DNA from: Macrostomum hystrix
Taxonomy: Eukaryota; Animalia; Platyhelminthes
Direction of reading: 5' to 3'
Assembly: GCA_950097015.1 (NCBI GenBank)
Contig: CATNEN010000012.1
Location: forward strand, 1,240,001-1,304,000
DNA: 64,000 nt
In this document: positions 25,693 through 39,940 of the stretch, in pieces
How the letters are laid out: the number at the start of each line of letters is the position of its first letter
Numbering within the stretch: the first letter of the stretch is position 1
Translations under genes and position numbers: made by a program
Notes under the pieces: model-generated
What the model was told of the DNA's origin: nothing
The model's input: only the letters and a program-made list of their open reading frames with translations
Databases searched by the model: none

Positions 25693-26936
25693 GTTGTCAT
25701 GTTGCAATTTGATGAAGTAAAGTTTGGCCTCTTCTATTTTCCATCTGATAAAGAGAGTCAGTTTCAACCTTTTGGTATTTACAACCTTAAAGACACAAAT
25801 TGGAATGAAGAAAAGTTTAAGCAACTGCTTCGAGATCCATCAGCAAAGCTTATTCTTGATACTGAGTGGGATTCATCTATTGTGAAAGCTATTGTTGTAC
25901 AACTTGGTACTTGTCAAGAGACCCTAGAAGCTTCATTCAAGCATTGTACTACTGTAAAAAGGAGAAATGTTCCAATCCAACAAATTCTAATGCGTATTCC
26001 ACGTTTTAGTACTGGTAAAAGAATTCAATTGCCATGTGAGAATGTGTACCACTCTGCTGCAGATGAAACAACTGAAATTGAGTCAAGTGAGGATGGTGAT
26101 AGTGAGTCAGGAATAGATAATCTATCAACACAACATGTTCCTATTTCAAGGCCAACTTTGCCTCCAACTCCAATTACTTTTTCTGAACCTACTAATTCTG
26201 AACCTACAACTTTTTCTAAACCTACTTTAGTTGCTACTAAATCATCATCTGCAACTGTGTCATCAGTGTCAATAAGCCAAGAAGCAAATATATACCTATG
26301 TTGAGCACTGCCATTATTGATATGCCTTCTCCAAGTGCAAGCTTTGTTCCCAAGATGCCAAGAAAGGAGCTTCAAGCTCTTAGTGAAGAAGAGCTCCAAC
26401 CAATTCATTCTTTAGTCAGAAGAAAGGGCCTTGAGCCCTTTACTGCTGAAGGTGCATACTATATTGCTGCATTGAGCTACAAGCGCCTGGTTGCCATCCA
26501 AAATTCAATTGAAGGCTTTTCTTCTAACTCTGTGCCGAGGACTGCAGTCAATAGCATGGATTTTTCACCAAAGAAGACAGTTCCAAGTCTTGACAGTTTT
26601 ATTGACAAGCTGAAGGATGCATCATACCAAGAAAAGGTTGTCAACAGAATTGCACTTATTGGTGGTGAAAGCATTCGCAATTTTATTAAAGGAGCTATTT
26701 CTGCTTTGATGACCAATGACTTACAATGTCAATTCAATCGCCATGGTAATGATAAGAAACGTCGGTTTTTGGGTCCCCTTGAAGATGTTGTTCGTCAAGC
26801 TGCACGCAAAGCCTTCCCTTTAGCAACAGATCAAGAAGTTACTAACTGTATCATGGCTGCTCTTAAGAATGCTTCAGACAGGGAAGGAGGACGGCAACGG
26901 AGGCAAAAGCGCAGTTTGGACGAACTTGAATCATAG
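25693..26936 (+). pseudogene. EnSpm accessory ORF with a DUF4806-like C-terminus; frame break near 26300
   Basis: Splice acceptor TTGCAG at 25692. C-terminus FIKGAISALMTNDLQCQFNRHGNDKKRRF..LKNASDREGGRQRR. Confidence 0.7.
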
Positions 26937-27892
26937 ACTATGGTTAATGTTTCTTCTTGTGAAATGCTACAACCTTTTTAATTGACTGATCTTCAGGAAG
27001 TGTAGCATTTACCAATTTTTAGTAGTGGTTGACTATGCTACATTTCTTCAAAAGTTTTTTGGAATGCATTTTCTTAGTTGTGATTTTATTACAATCAAAA
27101 TCCATGAATACTAATATCATGTATATAAGTGTACTTACAGGCTCATAGTTTGCTTCCAAAGAACTAAATCTATTTAAGGAAACTATTTAATTTTACAAGG
27201 TAAGGCAAAAGCAAGTCAACCTCTACTTTTTAACTTAAATCTGTATATTTTTCGTTTATTTTTTTTCAAATACTAATAAAAATGTATCAATGGAATTCTT
27301 AGTGTACCTTTCTGACATGTTAATCTTGTTGAGAAAGTATTTTATAAGATATGCAACTTAAAGTTGTCACTTCAGTTATGCAACTTATTAAATAACTGAA
27401 GTCACATCACATTACTTAGCAGTGATGAGTAAAATGCGCTTACACAAATTTGTGTATTTTTGTGATGTTCATCTATGCATAAATTGTAACTCATAGTGGA
27501 CGTTTTTAGCCCTTCTAGAGTACATATGACTTCATTGTTTTTCTTTCTTTATCTGCAATGTACAACAATTGTAGACGTTTTCCTATTGTCTAATAAAGCA
27601 AAAATGGCTAAGTGCACTGCTCAAGGCTGCAGTTTTTTGTTAAAAATGCAAAAAATTAAAGGGTTCAATTCTTAGTGTAAGTTCATTGCTGTCATGTAAA
27701 CTTGTTGACAAATCATTTTATAAGTTATGAAATTTATCATATGTAGCAGTAAGGAGTATAAGCACATTTGTGTAATTTTGTGCTGTTCATCTATGCCTAA
27801 ATTGTAACTCATCGTGGACGTTTCTTAGCCTTTATGGAGTACATAGGGCTTCCAGGTTTTATTATTTACCTGCCATGTACATACAATTTCAG

Positions 27893-29649
27893 ATGTCTTC
27901 CTATAGTCAAATTAAACGAAAAAGGCGAAGTGCACTGCTCAAGGCTGCAGCTGATGAATCAGGCGCTAACTTGGTGTCCATCGGTGCTAACTCAGGTGCT
28001 TCCTTGGAATCTACGCCTTCTCCACCAGAGGGAGCATCTGCTAATCGAGTTGCTGATCAACAAGGAGCATCTGACTTGGAGGACCATCTCTCCTCAGATG
28101 AAAATTCAAATGCGACTTCTAGCTGCAGCTACTACTCATTGGATAGTTCGGCCGATGGCGAAGAGACTGCCAAACCTGATGCTGCCGAAGTTGCTGACGA
28201 AGCAGCTACTGAGCCCCTGTTCGATTTTGTAAATGAGCTAATTATGTTTGTTCTCATGTTTAACCTTTCTCGCGCAGCCGTTGAGTTTCTGTTGCGTCTT
28301 CTAACTCGTGTTGGAGTTGCTGTTCCGAAGTCATACTATCTTTTTATGAAGAGAGTTTCAAAAAATGGTGGCTCCCTCATCGACACTAACGTGTGGAGGC
28401 ACATTTTCTTATTTGACCATTCGTGAGAATTTAATTTTTTGTTTTGAAAAGGGGCTCCTCAGTCTTAACTCCTGTCGCTTGGAATCAAATGTTTTTGTTG
28501 TTGATAGTTCTATAAATATTGATGGTTTACCACTTTATAAAAGCAGTAATGCGTCTCTTTGGCCCATTTTAGTCCGTTTTAATGGTACTAATGTAATACT
28601 GCCCGTTGCGTTGTTCTATGGGTTTACGAAGCCTAATGTAAATGAATATCTCGAACCTTTTGTCAATGAGGTGATTCAATTGAGAGATACCGGCATACAG
28701 TATGAGGGTAAGTTAGTAAAACTAGGAAATCTTACTTTTATTTGTGACGCACCAGCTCGTGCATTTGTACAGTGCATTTCCGGTCACACTTCTGCTCATG
28801 GTTGTGGTTATTGTCGATGTATAGCTCAACGTGAGAACGATCGTATGGTTTTTCCTGTCTGCTTCTACCCCACGCGACGACCGCTTATAACTCAGAGGGT
28901 AAAGAGAACAATCAGGCTAGGTTATCACAAATTGCTAAGATTGTGTCACTTTTGCTTCATTTTCCTGTTGACTATATGCATTGTATTTGCCTGGGAATTG
29001 TAAAACGATTGTGTCAGTGGTATTTTCAGAAAGTAAAGTCCTTTCGTCTACGCTGTAGGGTTTCCGCAGCCAACCTTCTAAAACTGTCGGATAGTATTTC
29101 ATTTTATAGAAAGTGCTTTCCATGCGAATTTCACCGCCCTCCAAGGAGGTTAGACAAAGACTTGGGTCATTACAAAGCCACCGAGTTTCGATCACTTTTG
29201 CTTTACTTAGGGCCTCTTTTATTTAAAAGTTATCTGCCCGAACAGTACTTTCGTCATTTTATGCTTTTAAGCTTTTCGATATATGTTTTTACTTTAAAAA
29301 ATCTGGTGCATTTGTATGAGCAAGCTGCAGCTTCTATTCGGCTTTTTGTTTACGACCTTCCCGAGTTGTTTGGCTCCTATTCTGTCTCATATAATTTTCA
29401 TACTATTTTGCATATATTTGACTTTGTTAAGCAATATGGTCCCTTAGATTCTTTTTCCGCCTTTCCATTTGAAAACTATTTGGGCGCACTAAAACGTCGA
29501 GTGAGACAGGTCCGTGGTATTTTTTCCCATGTTAGTAGACAAGCCCTTTTACTGCGGGATTTACATGTTCTGTCAAATCGAAGCTGCTCTCGTTTCACCT
29601 ACAAAACCACTTATCCTGATAACTGTGCGATTGTTGATAATAAGTACAT
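27893..29649 (+). pseudogene. EnSpm/CACTA transposase, main part (two frame breaks, interrupted by Gypsy)
   Basis: NIDGLPLYKSS..LWPIL, FICDAPARAF..GH...GCGYC, PVDYMHCICLG, KATEFR, HTILH, SAFPFENYLG. Confidence 0.9.
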
Positions 29650-29872
29650 TGTAGAGGATCAGAACTCTAGCATATATTTGTGGGTAGCTCTCTAGCTTGC
29701 GAGCAGAAAGTTAAACAACAAAACTCGCGCGACAAGTGCCTTCATCTAAGTCGCAACTGTGCGTCAGACTAAGGACCATAGACGATAACTAAGTCAACAA
29801 GGGTTTGTGGAAACGATGGTCAAGTGGCCTGGCAAAGTACTGGCCGAAATCTTCGCTTTTAGGTCCGCTACA
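29650..29872 (-). mobile_element. Gypsy 3' LTR; polypurine tract adjacent at 29873-29884
   Basis: TGTAGAGG...CCGCTACA. The minus strand reads GGGGGAGGGTGA immediately before the LTR. Confidence 0.95.
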
Positions 29873-30026
29873 TCACCCTCCCCCAGCACGGCGCTACGAT
29901 GAGAAGTGCGTCGGGCGACAACGACGGGGCGGCAGGAAACGGCGGTCCGCCGGTTCGCCTGTCGCTAGGTGGGTCCTTGGCGGTCTGGCAAACGGGTGGT
30001 GCTCCGTAGTGGTCTCCGTCCCCGGG

Positions 30027-32899
30027 TCAGGTAGAGGGTGCGTTGACGGAACGGACGAGCGGGTGGGTCGACGGGACGGGATCGGACGGGTCTAGGACCG
30101 CTGGCTTTAGCCGGTCCACGGAAACATGGTCCTGACGCGTGCCGAGATCGAGAAGGAAAGTCTTGGTGTAGCGCTGAAGGACTCGAAAAGGTCCGGTGTA
30201 TGGTTTCTGGAACGGCGCGCGGTAGCCATCCCGGCGGATGAACACAAAGGGGCATGTAGCCAGGGCGCCCAACTCCGATGCCTGTCGGTTGCCATGTGGG
30301 ACGGTCGGCTGAGGACGGAAAGCTTGAATGGCGGCGCGCAGGTTGGTGAGGAACGTGCTGTGCAGTGCTGTAGGTGGGCCAACCTGTATGCACTCGCCAG
30401 GCAAAAGCAACGGGGCGCCATACACCAACTCGGCCGACGACGAGTGAAGGTCCTCTTTGGGTGCCGTCCGGATGCCCAACAGGACCCACGGCAACTCGTC
30501 CGTCCAGTTCGGACTGGAAAGGCGTGCCATGAGTGACGCTTTGAGCTGGCGATGGAAACGCTCGACTAAACCGTTGGACTGCGGGTGAAACGCTGTGGTG
30601 TGATGCACGTGCATGCCGAGCAGTTTGGAAACGGCGGTCCACAGTTCGGAGGTAAAATTCGGGCCCCTGTCGGTGGTGATGTCACTGGGGACTCCGAATC
30701 GAGCGATCCAGGTAGAAATGAAAACGGATGCACAGGCGCTGGCGGACGTGTCAGTGATGGGTATCGCCTCAGGCCAGCGCGTAAAACGGTGCGTGAACCC
30801 ATCGTGACCATCGTCAGCAGGTGCGTGAACCCGTGGGACTGCGGCAGGGGACCAACAAGGTCGATGTGGACGTGGGCGAAACGGCTGGTCGGTACCGGGA
30901 TAATGTCCGGCGTTGTCGTGTTATGCCGATGGACCTTGGCTTGTTGGCACGGAAGGCAACAGCGAGCCCACTGGCTCACGTCTCGGTTGAGACCTGGCCA
31001 GACGAATTTAGCTGCGATGAGGCGACGAGTGCTGCGGATGGAGGGATGGGCTAATCCGTGGACCGCATCGAAAACGGCACGACGGAAACTCACTGGCACC
31101 AACGGGCGCGGGCGCCCGGTCGACATGTCACAAAGCAATTCCAAACCAGGATGCATGGTGACGAGCTCGAGCCTGAGCCTGAGGCCGTCGGCATTACCAG
31201 CTGGTGCTGCTCCTTCGCCAATGCCGCATAGTCCACTCCTGGCAACAATGTGTGCACACTTGCTACTGTGCAACGGGATAGAGCGTCTGCAACTGAGTTG
31301 TCCTTACCGGCGACGTGTCGAATGTCCGTGCTGAACTCCGACACTGACGCTAGATGCCGCTGCTGTCGTGCGGACCAAGGATCCGATAACTTGGACATCG
31401 CGGATGTCAGCGGCTTGTGATCCGTGTAGATTGTGAAAACGCGTCCTTCGAGGAAATAACGGAAGTGCCGTGTGGCCAAATATAGCGCCAGTAACTCCCG
31501 GTCGAACGCACTGTATTTCTGTTCCGCGGGACGCAATTGTCGGCTGAAAAAGGCGAGTGGTTGCCACCCGCCAGCAATTCGCTGAACCATGCGAGGCGTC
31601 GACGGTCAGGGCCGTCTGCGCAGTGGGCCTAGGGTGTGCCAGTAAAGTGGACTGAGCTAGGGCCTGTTTGGTGGCGGTGAAAGCATCGAGTAGACTGGGC
31701 GTCCACTGCACAAGTCGGCTCTTACTGGCAATGGCGGCGTAAATGGGGCGTAGCAACTGGGCGGCATGTGGAACAAATCGGTGGTAGAAGTTCACCATAC
31801 CGGCGAATTCTTGCAAGCCTTTGATTGTGGTCGGAGGTGCAAACTTGACGACCGCATCGACCTTGTCTGGCAGAGGCCAGGCGCCGCTTTGATTGATTCT
31901 GTGGCCCAAGAAATCGATCTCGGTACGTCCGAACTGGCATTTGGCCGGATTCAACAGCAGACCGTTGTCGACTAGGCGGCGGAACAAGGTGCGCAGGTGC
32001 TCCACGTGCTGCGTTTGGTCGCTGCTGGCCACTAGGAAATCGTCCAAGTAGGCGAAAACGAAAGGCAAATCCTGGCTGATAGAGTCCACGAGTCGCTGGA
32101 ATGTCTGTGCAGCGTTCTTGAGTCCGAAAGGCATGCGGAGGAACTCAAAGAGTCCAAACGGTGTGATGATGGCCGTTTTAGGGATGTCAATTTCCGCCAC
32201 TGGTATCTGGTGGTAGCCTCGGACCAGGTCAATCTTTGAGAAAATGGTACTGCCGGCCAGGTGCGCGGAAAAATCCTGAATATTCGGTACCGGGTAACGA
32301 TCGGGTACAGTGGCGCCATTGAGCCGTCGGAAATCGCCGCAGGGACGCCAGCCTCCAGACGACTTCGGCACAATGTGGAGCGGTGATGACCAGGGGCTGT
32401 CGGACCGACGAATGATGCCGAGCTGTTCCAGGGTACGGAATTCCGCTTTAGCTATGGCCAACTTGTCGGGTGCTAGGCGGCGTGCGCGGGCATGGGTTTG
32501 GGGGCCTTGCGTCTGAATGAAATGTTCGACGCCGTGGCGTGGTTGTGCCTGTTAAAAACTCGGCTCCGTGAGCGACGGAAACTCCGCCAGCAACGTACTG
32601 TACGGGTCGCGGGCGACGGCGGCCGCCAGCCGAGGTGCTGTGCCGCAACCGAGGAGCAGATGTGTGCTGGCCAGTGAGTGGGAGTCCAGCAGGCGGCGGT
32701 TAGGTAAGTCGACCAACAGTCCGTGGTGTAACAGGAAATCAGCGCCGATGAGGGGGCGCGACACTTCGGCAAGAATGAAAGGCCAGGTGCAGGTTCGAAC
32801 GCCAAGGTCGAGAGTGATGGTGCGACTGCCAAATGTACGGATCGGGCTGCCGTTGGCGGCGAGGAGCGGTGGTCCAGGGGTGATTGTACGCGCATCGAC
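30027..32899 (-). pseudogene. pol: Gypsy pol (protease C-terminal half, RT, RNase H, integrase) with small indels; protease N-terminal half lies at ~45251-45370
   Basis: FLVDTGAEV; [32 protein letters not shown]; ELLA..TDHKPL; HIDLVGPLP; HPQSNGLVERFHRQLK. Confidence 0.93.
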
Positions 32900-34370
32900 A
32901 CTTCCCGGTCCGCAACAACCACGCCAGCTACCGAATTTTTAATATTGCCTGTGCCACATCTACAACTTAACAATTTCTGTAAAGCGACCTTAGTTAAGCG
33001 TGTGCCATTGCTTTTCGGTGACCTTGTAGGCTGGGCTTCGACGCTGGGGGTGATTAAAAAACCCGGGAATGTAAAATACGGTTGCTGGAACGGTAGATGT
33101 TATTTTGTAACGTGACAGTGAAAAGGAGATGTGTGCCAATTATAAATTCTTGAACTTGGGACCAAAATACAACAAATAGGTAAAAAAAGTGGCAGCTGTT
33201 TGGCTTTCAGGCTTTTTTGTTCAGTGTGAAAGGTAAAAATATAGATTTTTTAAACAAAAATCGGTTGCTGCAATTTACTCAGTGTGGCACAGTTGTGCCA
33301 ACTCGAAAATATTGACCTAAACGAAGGTATCCATGTGTGCCATACTTCAGAATACATTTACCCACAACATTTCACACCTTTTTGGCAATTTTGTTGTGAG
33401 CAGACAATCGGAGCATAATAGCACAAATATTTTCGTTGCATGATCAAGCTCTTGTACGATTATAGCGAGCAAGACTAATGCACATAAAATAAATAGTGCG
33501 AATAATAAAATACCTTACCATTTGGTTAGCAGCATAAAGCCTTTTTATACTGGTGTTTGTTTACTTCGATAGAAAAGAATAAATTCAAAATTCAAGACGT
33601 TGACCACCCGAGCTACTTTAAACTGCGCAAAGCAAATAAAATAATAGGAATCTCGAATATTGCCTTCCTCCTATGGGCTTATATATATTTTTGGAGGAAT
33701 CTCGAACATTGCCTTCCTCCTATGGGCTTGTATATATTTTTGTATATATACTTATATTTATATTTGTATATTTTGTATATATATATATATATATGTACTC
33801 TATAATTTAGTAAAGGTGGTGTTCTAATTTGTCGAAATATTACAGATCCTATACTAGCTATAAGCCTTGCAATGCCTTAGTTGCCTAGTTGAGGGTGAAG
33901 ATGCATTTTTACAATGTATGTAGTATTTATAATATAATGCATGCTCCACGAAGTTAATGGTCCTTCTAAATATAGCTTTTTTCTATGGCCTTCTCTAAGC
34001 TGATTTTATAATAGGCCTTTTCCTATAGAAAGGATACTATACTATAAAAAACCTCTGCTAAGTTGTTTGCTTACCCAAAAGAAAGCAAAAGTTGTTTGCT
34101 AAAGAAAAGTAGGCTAATAAATGGATGCATAATTGTGAATATACAAAGATCCATCACCATGTTAATAATGATAGGCATAAAGGTAAATCTTGAAAGTCTA
34201 GTCTATTAATGTAAAAGGATTTATTTTGTCTATAATTAACCAAGGTGTTCTTTTGTCACATTGGTTTTTGGGGGTAAACTTTGAAGAAAAGTATACTGGT
34301 AGCAATCTTACTAAATATATTTAGCAGGAATCAAAATGTTGCACTGCAAATGATATTTTGGATTTGATAC

Positions 34371-34982
34371 TTCGATCCAGCTTGTAACAACTCGATCCAA
34401 CCTCAATCCAACTTCGATCCAACTTCTAACAACTCGATCCAACCTCAATGCAACCTCGATCCAACTTTAATCCAACTTCTAACAACTCGATCCAACCTCA
34501 ATCCAACTTCTAACAACTCGATCCAACCTCAATGCAACCTCGATCCAACTTTGATCCAACTTCTAACAACTCGATCCAACCTCAATCCAACCTCGATCCA
34601 ACTTTGATCCAACTTCTAACAACTAGATCCAACCTCAATGCAACCTCGATCCAACTTTGATCCAACTTCTAACAACTCGATCCAACCTCAATCCAACCTC
34701 GATCCAACTTTGATCCAACTTCTAACAACTAGATCCAACCTCAATCCAACATTGATCCAACTTTGATCCAGCTTGTAACAACTCGATCCAACCTCAATCC
34801 AACCTCGATCCATCCTCAATCCAACTTCTAACAACTCGATCCAACCTCAATGCAACCTCGATCGAACTTTGATCCAGCTTGTAACAACTCGATCCAACCT
34901 CAATCCAACCTCAATCCAACTTTAATCCAACTTCTAACAACTCGATCCAACCTCGATACAACCTCGATCCAACTTCGATCGA
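34371..34982. repeat. Tandem 9/11-mer mosaic in the left TIR
   Basis: TCGATCCAACC, TCAATCCAACC, TTGATCCAACT and TCTAACAAC units, often grouped as ~53-bp blocks. Confidence 0.95.
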
Positions 34983-35129
34983 AGTATATTGATTATCGAA
35001 TATGATGAAGCATAGCGAAGTGTTATCATATATCCGCCAGTTCTTGTCTTCAGTTTCGTTTATTTATTGTTATTTATAGTTTCGCCTCCTTTCAATTTCA
35101 ATTTCAGGACCTTTCAGTTTTGGTCCACC

Positions 35130-38100
35130 ATGGCGGATGATTCTTTAAGTAAGTTTACAACGGCTCAGAATCTGGGGCGTGAAAGGCGTAGTTGATATAC
35201 TATACGAGTATAGTACATTCGTTTTTTATTCGTCTCTCCTTATTCTAGAACGGCAACTGACTCGTTCAAGTCTGCTTGATTTCTTCAAGCTGTGCGGTAT
35301 TGACCCTGAGGAGTATATTAGTTCTCCACTTCCTAGCCATCGTCGGTCAGATGACGATCGCTTGCCGCGTCTGTGCAGATTTTTTCACGTTCCTCCTTCT
35401 GATGTAAACAAAAAGTACGTCTATACATTTCTGCTACGTAATTACAAGGACATTTCTGAGGACGTTCCCATCGAAACAGCTGAATGTAACGCAGACTCTT
35501 CAACTGATGAGACGCGCTGCATGTAAGATAGCCTTTTTGTTTCACGTACTATTTCTGCATGCCTGTTGCGAACTGTCCGTGCCCTTTATTTAGTCAGATG
35601 TCATTGGCAGATGACATTGGCACTGACAATGTCTTCCTTTAAAACCATCTCTTTTCAGTTCTTCCTCCTCGACAATTCTGCCTATCTTCCACCAGAGCTT
35701 CAGCGAGCCCGCAGGACTTCTCCGTGACGGTGTTTTAAAGCCAGATTGGTTCAGCGACGTGGTTCGCCTTTTTGCTCTTTCGGTTGAACCGTGCTGTCTC
35801 GCGAAAAAAGTAGGAAAGTTTCGCAGAAAGACGGGGATTCATTACGCTCATGTCTACTGCTGCGAGCCTACCTGTCCAGCAACGTTTATTGTGGAAGCCA
35901 AAGATGCGAGTTTGACATCATGGGAACTCCGGACAGTCACTGCGCCATTGGAGAACCACCCTGCGGCTCGAAGTCGGCGGCTGACTGGTGAACGGCGATA
36001 TAAGCTCGCGAGATCGACGCTGGTTTCGAACTCTTACAGGGTCGCAGCGGCCATTGCCGCCAACGAACCCCTCAGTGAGGTGCCTTCGTCAGAGGCCCTA
36101 CGCATTGCAGCTGAGCGACTGCGCAGAGCTGAGCTGGGAGTTCCAGACATGGATGACCTGATAAAACTGCGCCGACTTGAGAGGGTCCTACAACCCGCGT
36201 ATATCAGAAAGGTTATCCAGAGTGAGGGTCGGGCCGAGACCATCATTCTATTCCATTCCCGTCCCTTTCAGAGTCTACGGGAGATGCAGCTGAGGGGCTG
36301 GCCCATACGTATGGGAATGGATTCAACTGCTGCTCCAATCCATCAGCGCCCCAGCAGTTGCACCAAGCCCATCTACTATCACGCTCTGGTGCTTCAGAAC
36401 CCTACCGTTGGTGGGAAAGTGATGCCATTGTTGGAGATTCTATCGACATCTCAGACAGGAATCACCCTGCGCTTTTGCCTGGACGTTTGGTTTAGAGAAT
36501 GTACGACATTTTTGTCAACAGTTCGCGTTTCGCAGGTGGTTACAGACTTCAATTTTGCCACTTTACACGGACTCATCGGCTGCTTTCATGGTCTATCGCT
36601 GTCGCTCTACATCAAAGAATGCTTTCATCACTTGACTAAGGACAGCGATTGGGATCCCCTTCCTGTCATCGGCCTTGGCCGAAGTCATCTAGTCAAGGAG
36701 ATGACTCGCTTGAAGGAAGTAACCAATTGCAGTAACAGGGCAGTCAAACAGTTCTGGCTGCGGTCTATGGCGTGCATGGTAGCGATCGACAGCATTCAAA
36801 CAGCTGACAGGCTGTTGAGAGCCATCTACCTTGTGCTCATGGCTCCTACGGAAGCCGTAGTTGAAAGAATGGATCGGCATCTAGGATGTTGTCCGAAAAA
36901 AATTTCTAAGAGTAATGAGCAACATGGAGAGCGTCCGTGCCGAGTTCGAGACTGGATCAAGAGACGAACGAATCTTCACAAATAGAAGTCAATGCAGACG
37001 GAACCATAATGCGCCGGTCCCCATTCTGGCAGCGGGCTGAACAAATCCGGCAAGAAGTTCAACTGGAAGTGAGTGCACTGCCGTTTGACGAGTCTACTGA
37101 TAGTCTGAACGCCTATGTATGTCCGGCTTTGGCTGAACGCATAACCAATACATTCACTCCGTATCTCCCTCTTATCTGCGGCATTATGCCCAGCAGTTCA
37201 CGATTTACGGAGGGGCACACGGAGCGCTGGATTGGCCTTATGAAGAACAGTGTCTTTGAGAGTAAACAAGTCAGTCTCTCTGAGTTCATCCAGGCGCTCC
37301 ATTCTCATCACAATGGGAACGAAATTCTGTTCAAGAGAGACATGTACCGTGTAACAGGTGTGACTTCTTTGGAAGAAGATGATATTGAAGAAGAGCTGCA
37401 GCCACCACAGCATTCGCCACCAGCGTCAGAGTCGCAGCGAGAGCAGCATTCGCCACCAGCGTCAGAGTCGCAGCCAGAGCAGCATTCGCCACCAGCGTCA
37501 GAGTCGCAGCCAGAGCAGCATTCGTCACCAGCGTCAGAGTCGCAGCCACAGCAAGGTGCGCCAACGGTGCCATTGTCGAATAAAACCCGGAAACGAAAGT
37601 CTGACATCTTTTGTCCAATGGTCAACTCTCAACAGGCTCGGCCTGCAGATGTCCCGCTGCAACCTGTAGTAAACAAAAAGCGTCGTCTACCGGCTTATGT
37701 ACCGTCGGCAAGTAGTGGATTGTTCATTATTTATTGCATTACGTATTTATTTTCTTGTATTTTATATTACTCTTTATTATTAATGTATTTTACATTTCAT
37801 TTATTTCATTTATTGCAACGGACATAACGTACACCATAAGTACAATGGTCTACGTAGGACAGTGCTTATTGTTTCGTCAGTTGGTGGCCATTTAACAGAC
37901 GGTGATAACTTTGTGTTCCTGTTCCATTTCTCTCTTGTAGACTTCCAGGACCTATCCTTTAGAGGGAAGACCACCTCGACAGGCATTGGAATTTGCCACG
38001 TTGAGGAACTCCGGTTTGGCTACTGGTGTGCCAGATTCTCGAGGCGGATCTATGAGCGTATACGTGTACAACGCTTGCACAGCAGACAACTTGCTCACGG

Positions 38101-39010
38101 CCTTAACCATAGCCTATCTGGATGAACCTGGATTCAAAGCAAGTCTCCAACATATTGTTGAGGATCCATTGGTAGTTTTTTCTGAACGAAGCATCGCAGT
38201 CCACCACCGAGAAGCAAGCTTTGCATGCACGAGCAAAGCTTCTTCTTCAACTCGACGCATTCAGCAGTGAACGTTTCATCAGGACAAATCAGAAAATCGA
38301 AATTGGCCTCTTCGGCAGTGAGCTTGACGTATGTATGAAGCTCCTTGGTTCAAAGCACAGACTAGTGTATCAAAGCCGGTGCCTCAACCCGCGTTGCCCA
38401 AATCCAGAGCAACTTTCCTATGGACACGCAATCACTATTGGAAGTAACTGTGCAGCTGGAGGCACAGTCGAGGATTATCTGCGAGATTTTCTTTCTTCTG
38501 AGTCCTATGGGCCGTGCTCAGTCTGCGATCACGTGCGTCGAAGTCAGGCTCCGAAGTTTCAGTTCAGCCCTCCGCCGGTTCTAGTCATCTCCTCCACAGA
38601 CTCTGATCCATTGGGCGCCAGCCGAGCTGCCCCTTCTCAAGTGGTTCGCCCCTTTTCGGACTGCAGTATTCAGTAAGAGAGAAACGTAGTATTCTTAGTT
38701 CATTTTTAAAGGCTCTACATATCGCTGTCTTGCATGCACTAATACATAAGCATTGCTAACTTTACTTCTATGCTGTAACGGCAAATTCACAATCTTCAGA
38801 TATCAACATCGTGCTACAACTTTCAAGGAAGGGGGGCACTATTTGTCCCGCATCTGGTACGCCTCAGGAACTATTAAATACGACGACTTGGCAAGAAGCA
38901 AGGGTGTCATGACCGCCGCTGTAGAGCGTGGACGCCAGCCACCTCTGGGAAACAGGGCTAACCTGTACATTTACACGATTACTAACTCGGAGGAAACATC
39001 AGGCCAGTAG
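35130..39010 (+). CDS. Spliced foldback gene 1: MULE/NOF-like DDE transposase with a C-terminal USP-like cysteine-protease domain; carries frame breaks
   Basis: CCACCATGG start. GT-AG introns 35149-35248 and 35523-35658 join three frames in phase. Candidate D (MDST, 36320), D (VTDF, 36545), xRSH and E (TERW, 37222). Later exons contain NACTADN, two CxxC-type pairs and GGHY..YDD. Confidence 0.72.
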
Positions 39011-39940
39011 CGATACAATTTGAGACCGATTCTGAATATATTAACTTCGATCCAGCTTCTAACAACTCAATGTAACGTGAAACAACTTCAATCCAACTTT
39101 GATCCAGCTTGTAACGACTCCATCCAACCTCTCTTCTTGTTTATAGGCAGCCGTTTTCTCCAAAAGTTGTTGTACAGTTAGCTACGTGTGTCAAGGCACA
39201 AGTGTACGTGCTGTATTTACTGCCAGTTTCTTTTTATTGAATCAATAGCATTTACCACCTTTTGTTAGTGAAAAGCACAGAGTAAAAGTTGATTGAAATG
39301 TACTGAAATCACAATTTGTTCAGTCTTTTTTTCATTGAGGCACCCGAACGTGCACATTCACCAAATAAATTTATTTTTCTTTTTCGTGAAGGTGACAGCT
39401 GTCTAATAAGAAGTACATTCAAAGTACAACATGTATTATTGCGTAACATTGCGTAATTAGCTACTGCGAAAAATTACTACACTAGAACCGTACGTAAAGC
39501 GAACAACTGAACCAGGTTTTCAAGCTTAGTCAAACAAAGTTCATCAGTCCTTGTAAAATAGAATTAACGTCGAAAAACTCGCAAAAAGTATATATTAAAT
39601 GAACGAAAGCAGGGACGTGCATTTTAAGTATCAGGGTATATAGGAAGGGTAAATAGATACATATTTTGTATCTGTATAGAGGCACAGACAATTGGGGACC
39701 TCAAGACTTTTGTCACACTTTTGTCTGAAGTACATAGAGCTTATCTATACATAGTTAGTGACTATAAACTACTGTAGGAAGACAAGTTTATAAACATCAT
39801 TACTTGATTTGAAACTAGACAAATAAATGTAGGATACGTTTTTGTCAGAAAAATACGACTTCAGGGTTACTAAGATGCCTGCAACGGAGACGTAAAAATG
39901 TACTAGCATACCTTTTTAAGCACATTACCATATGATTTTA

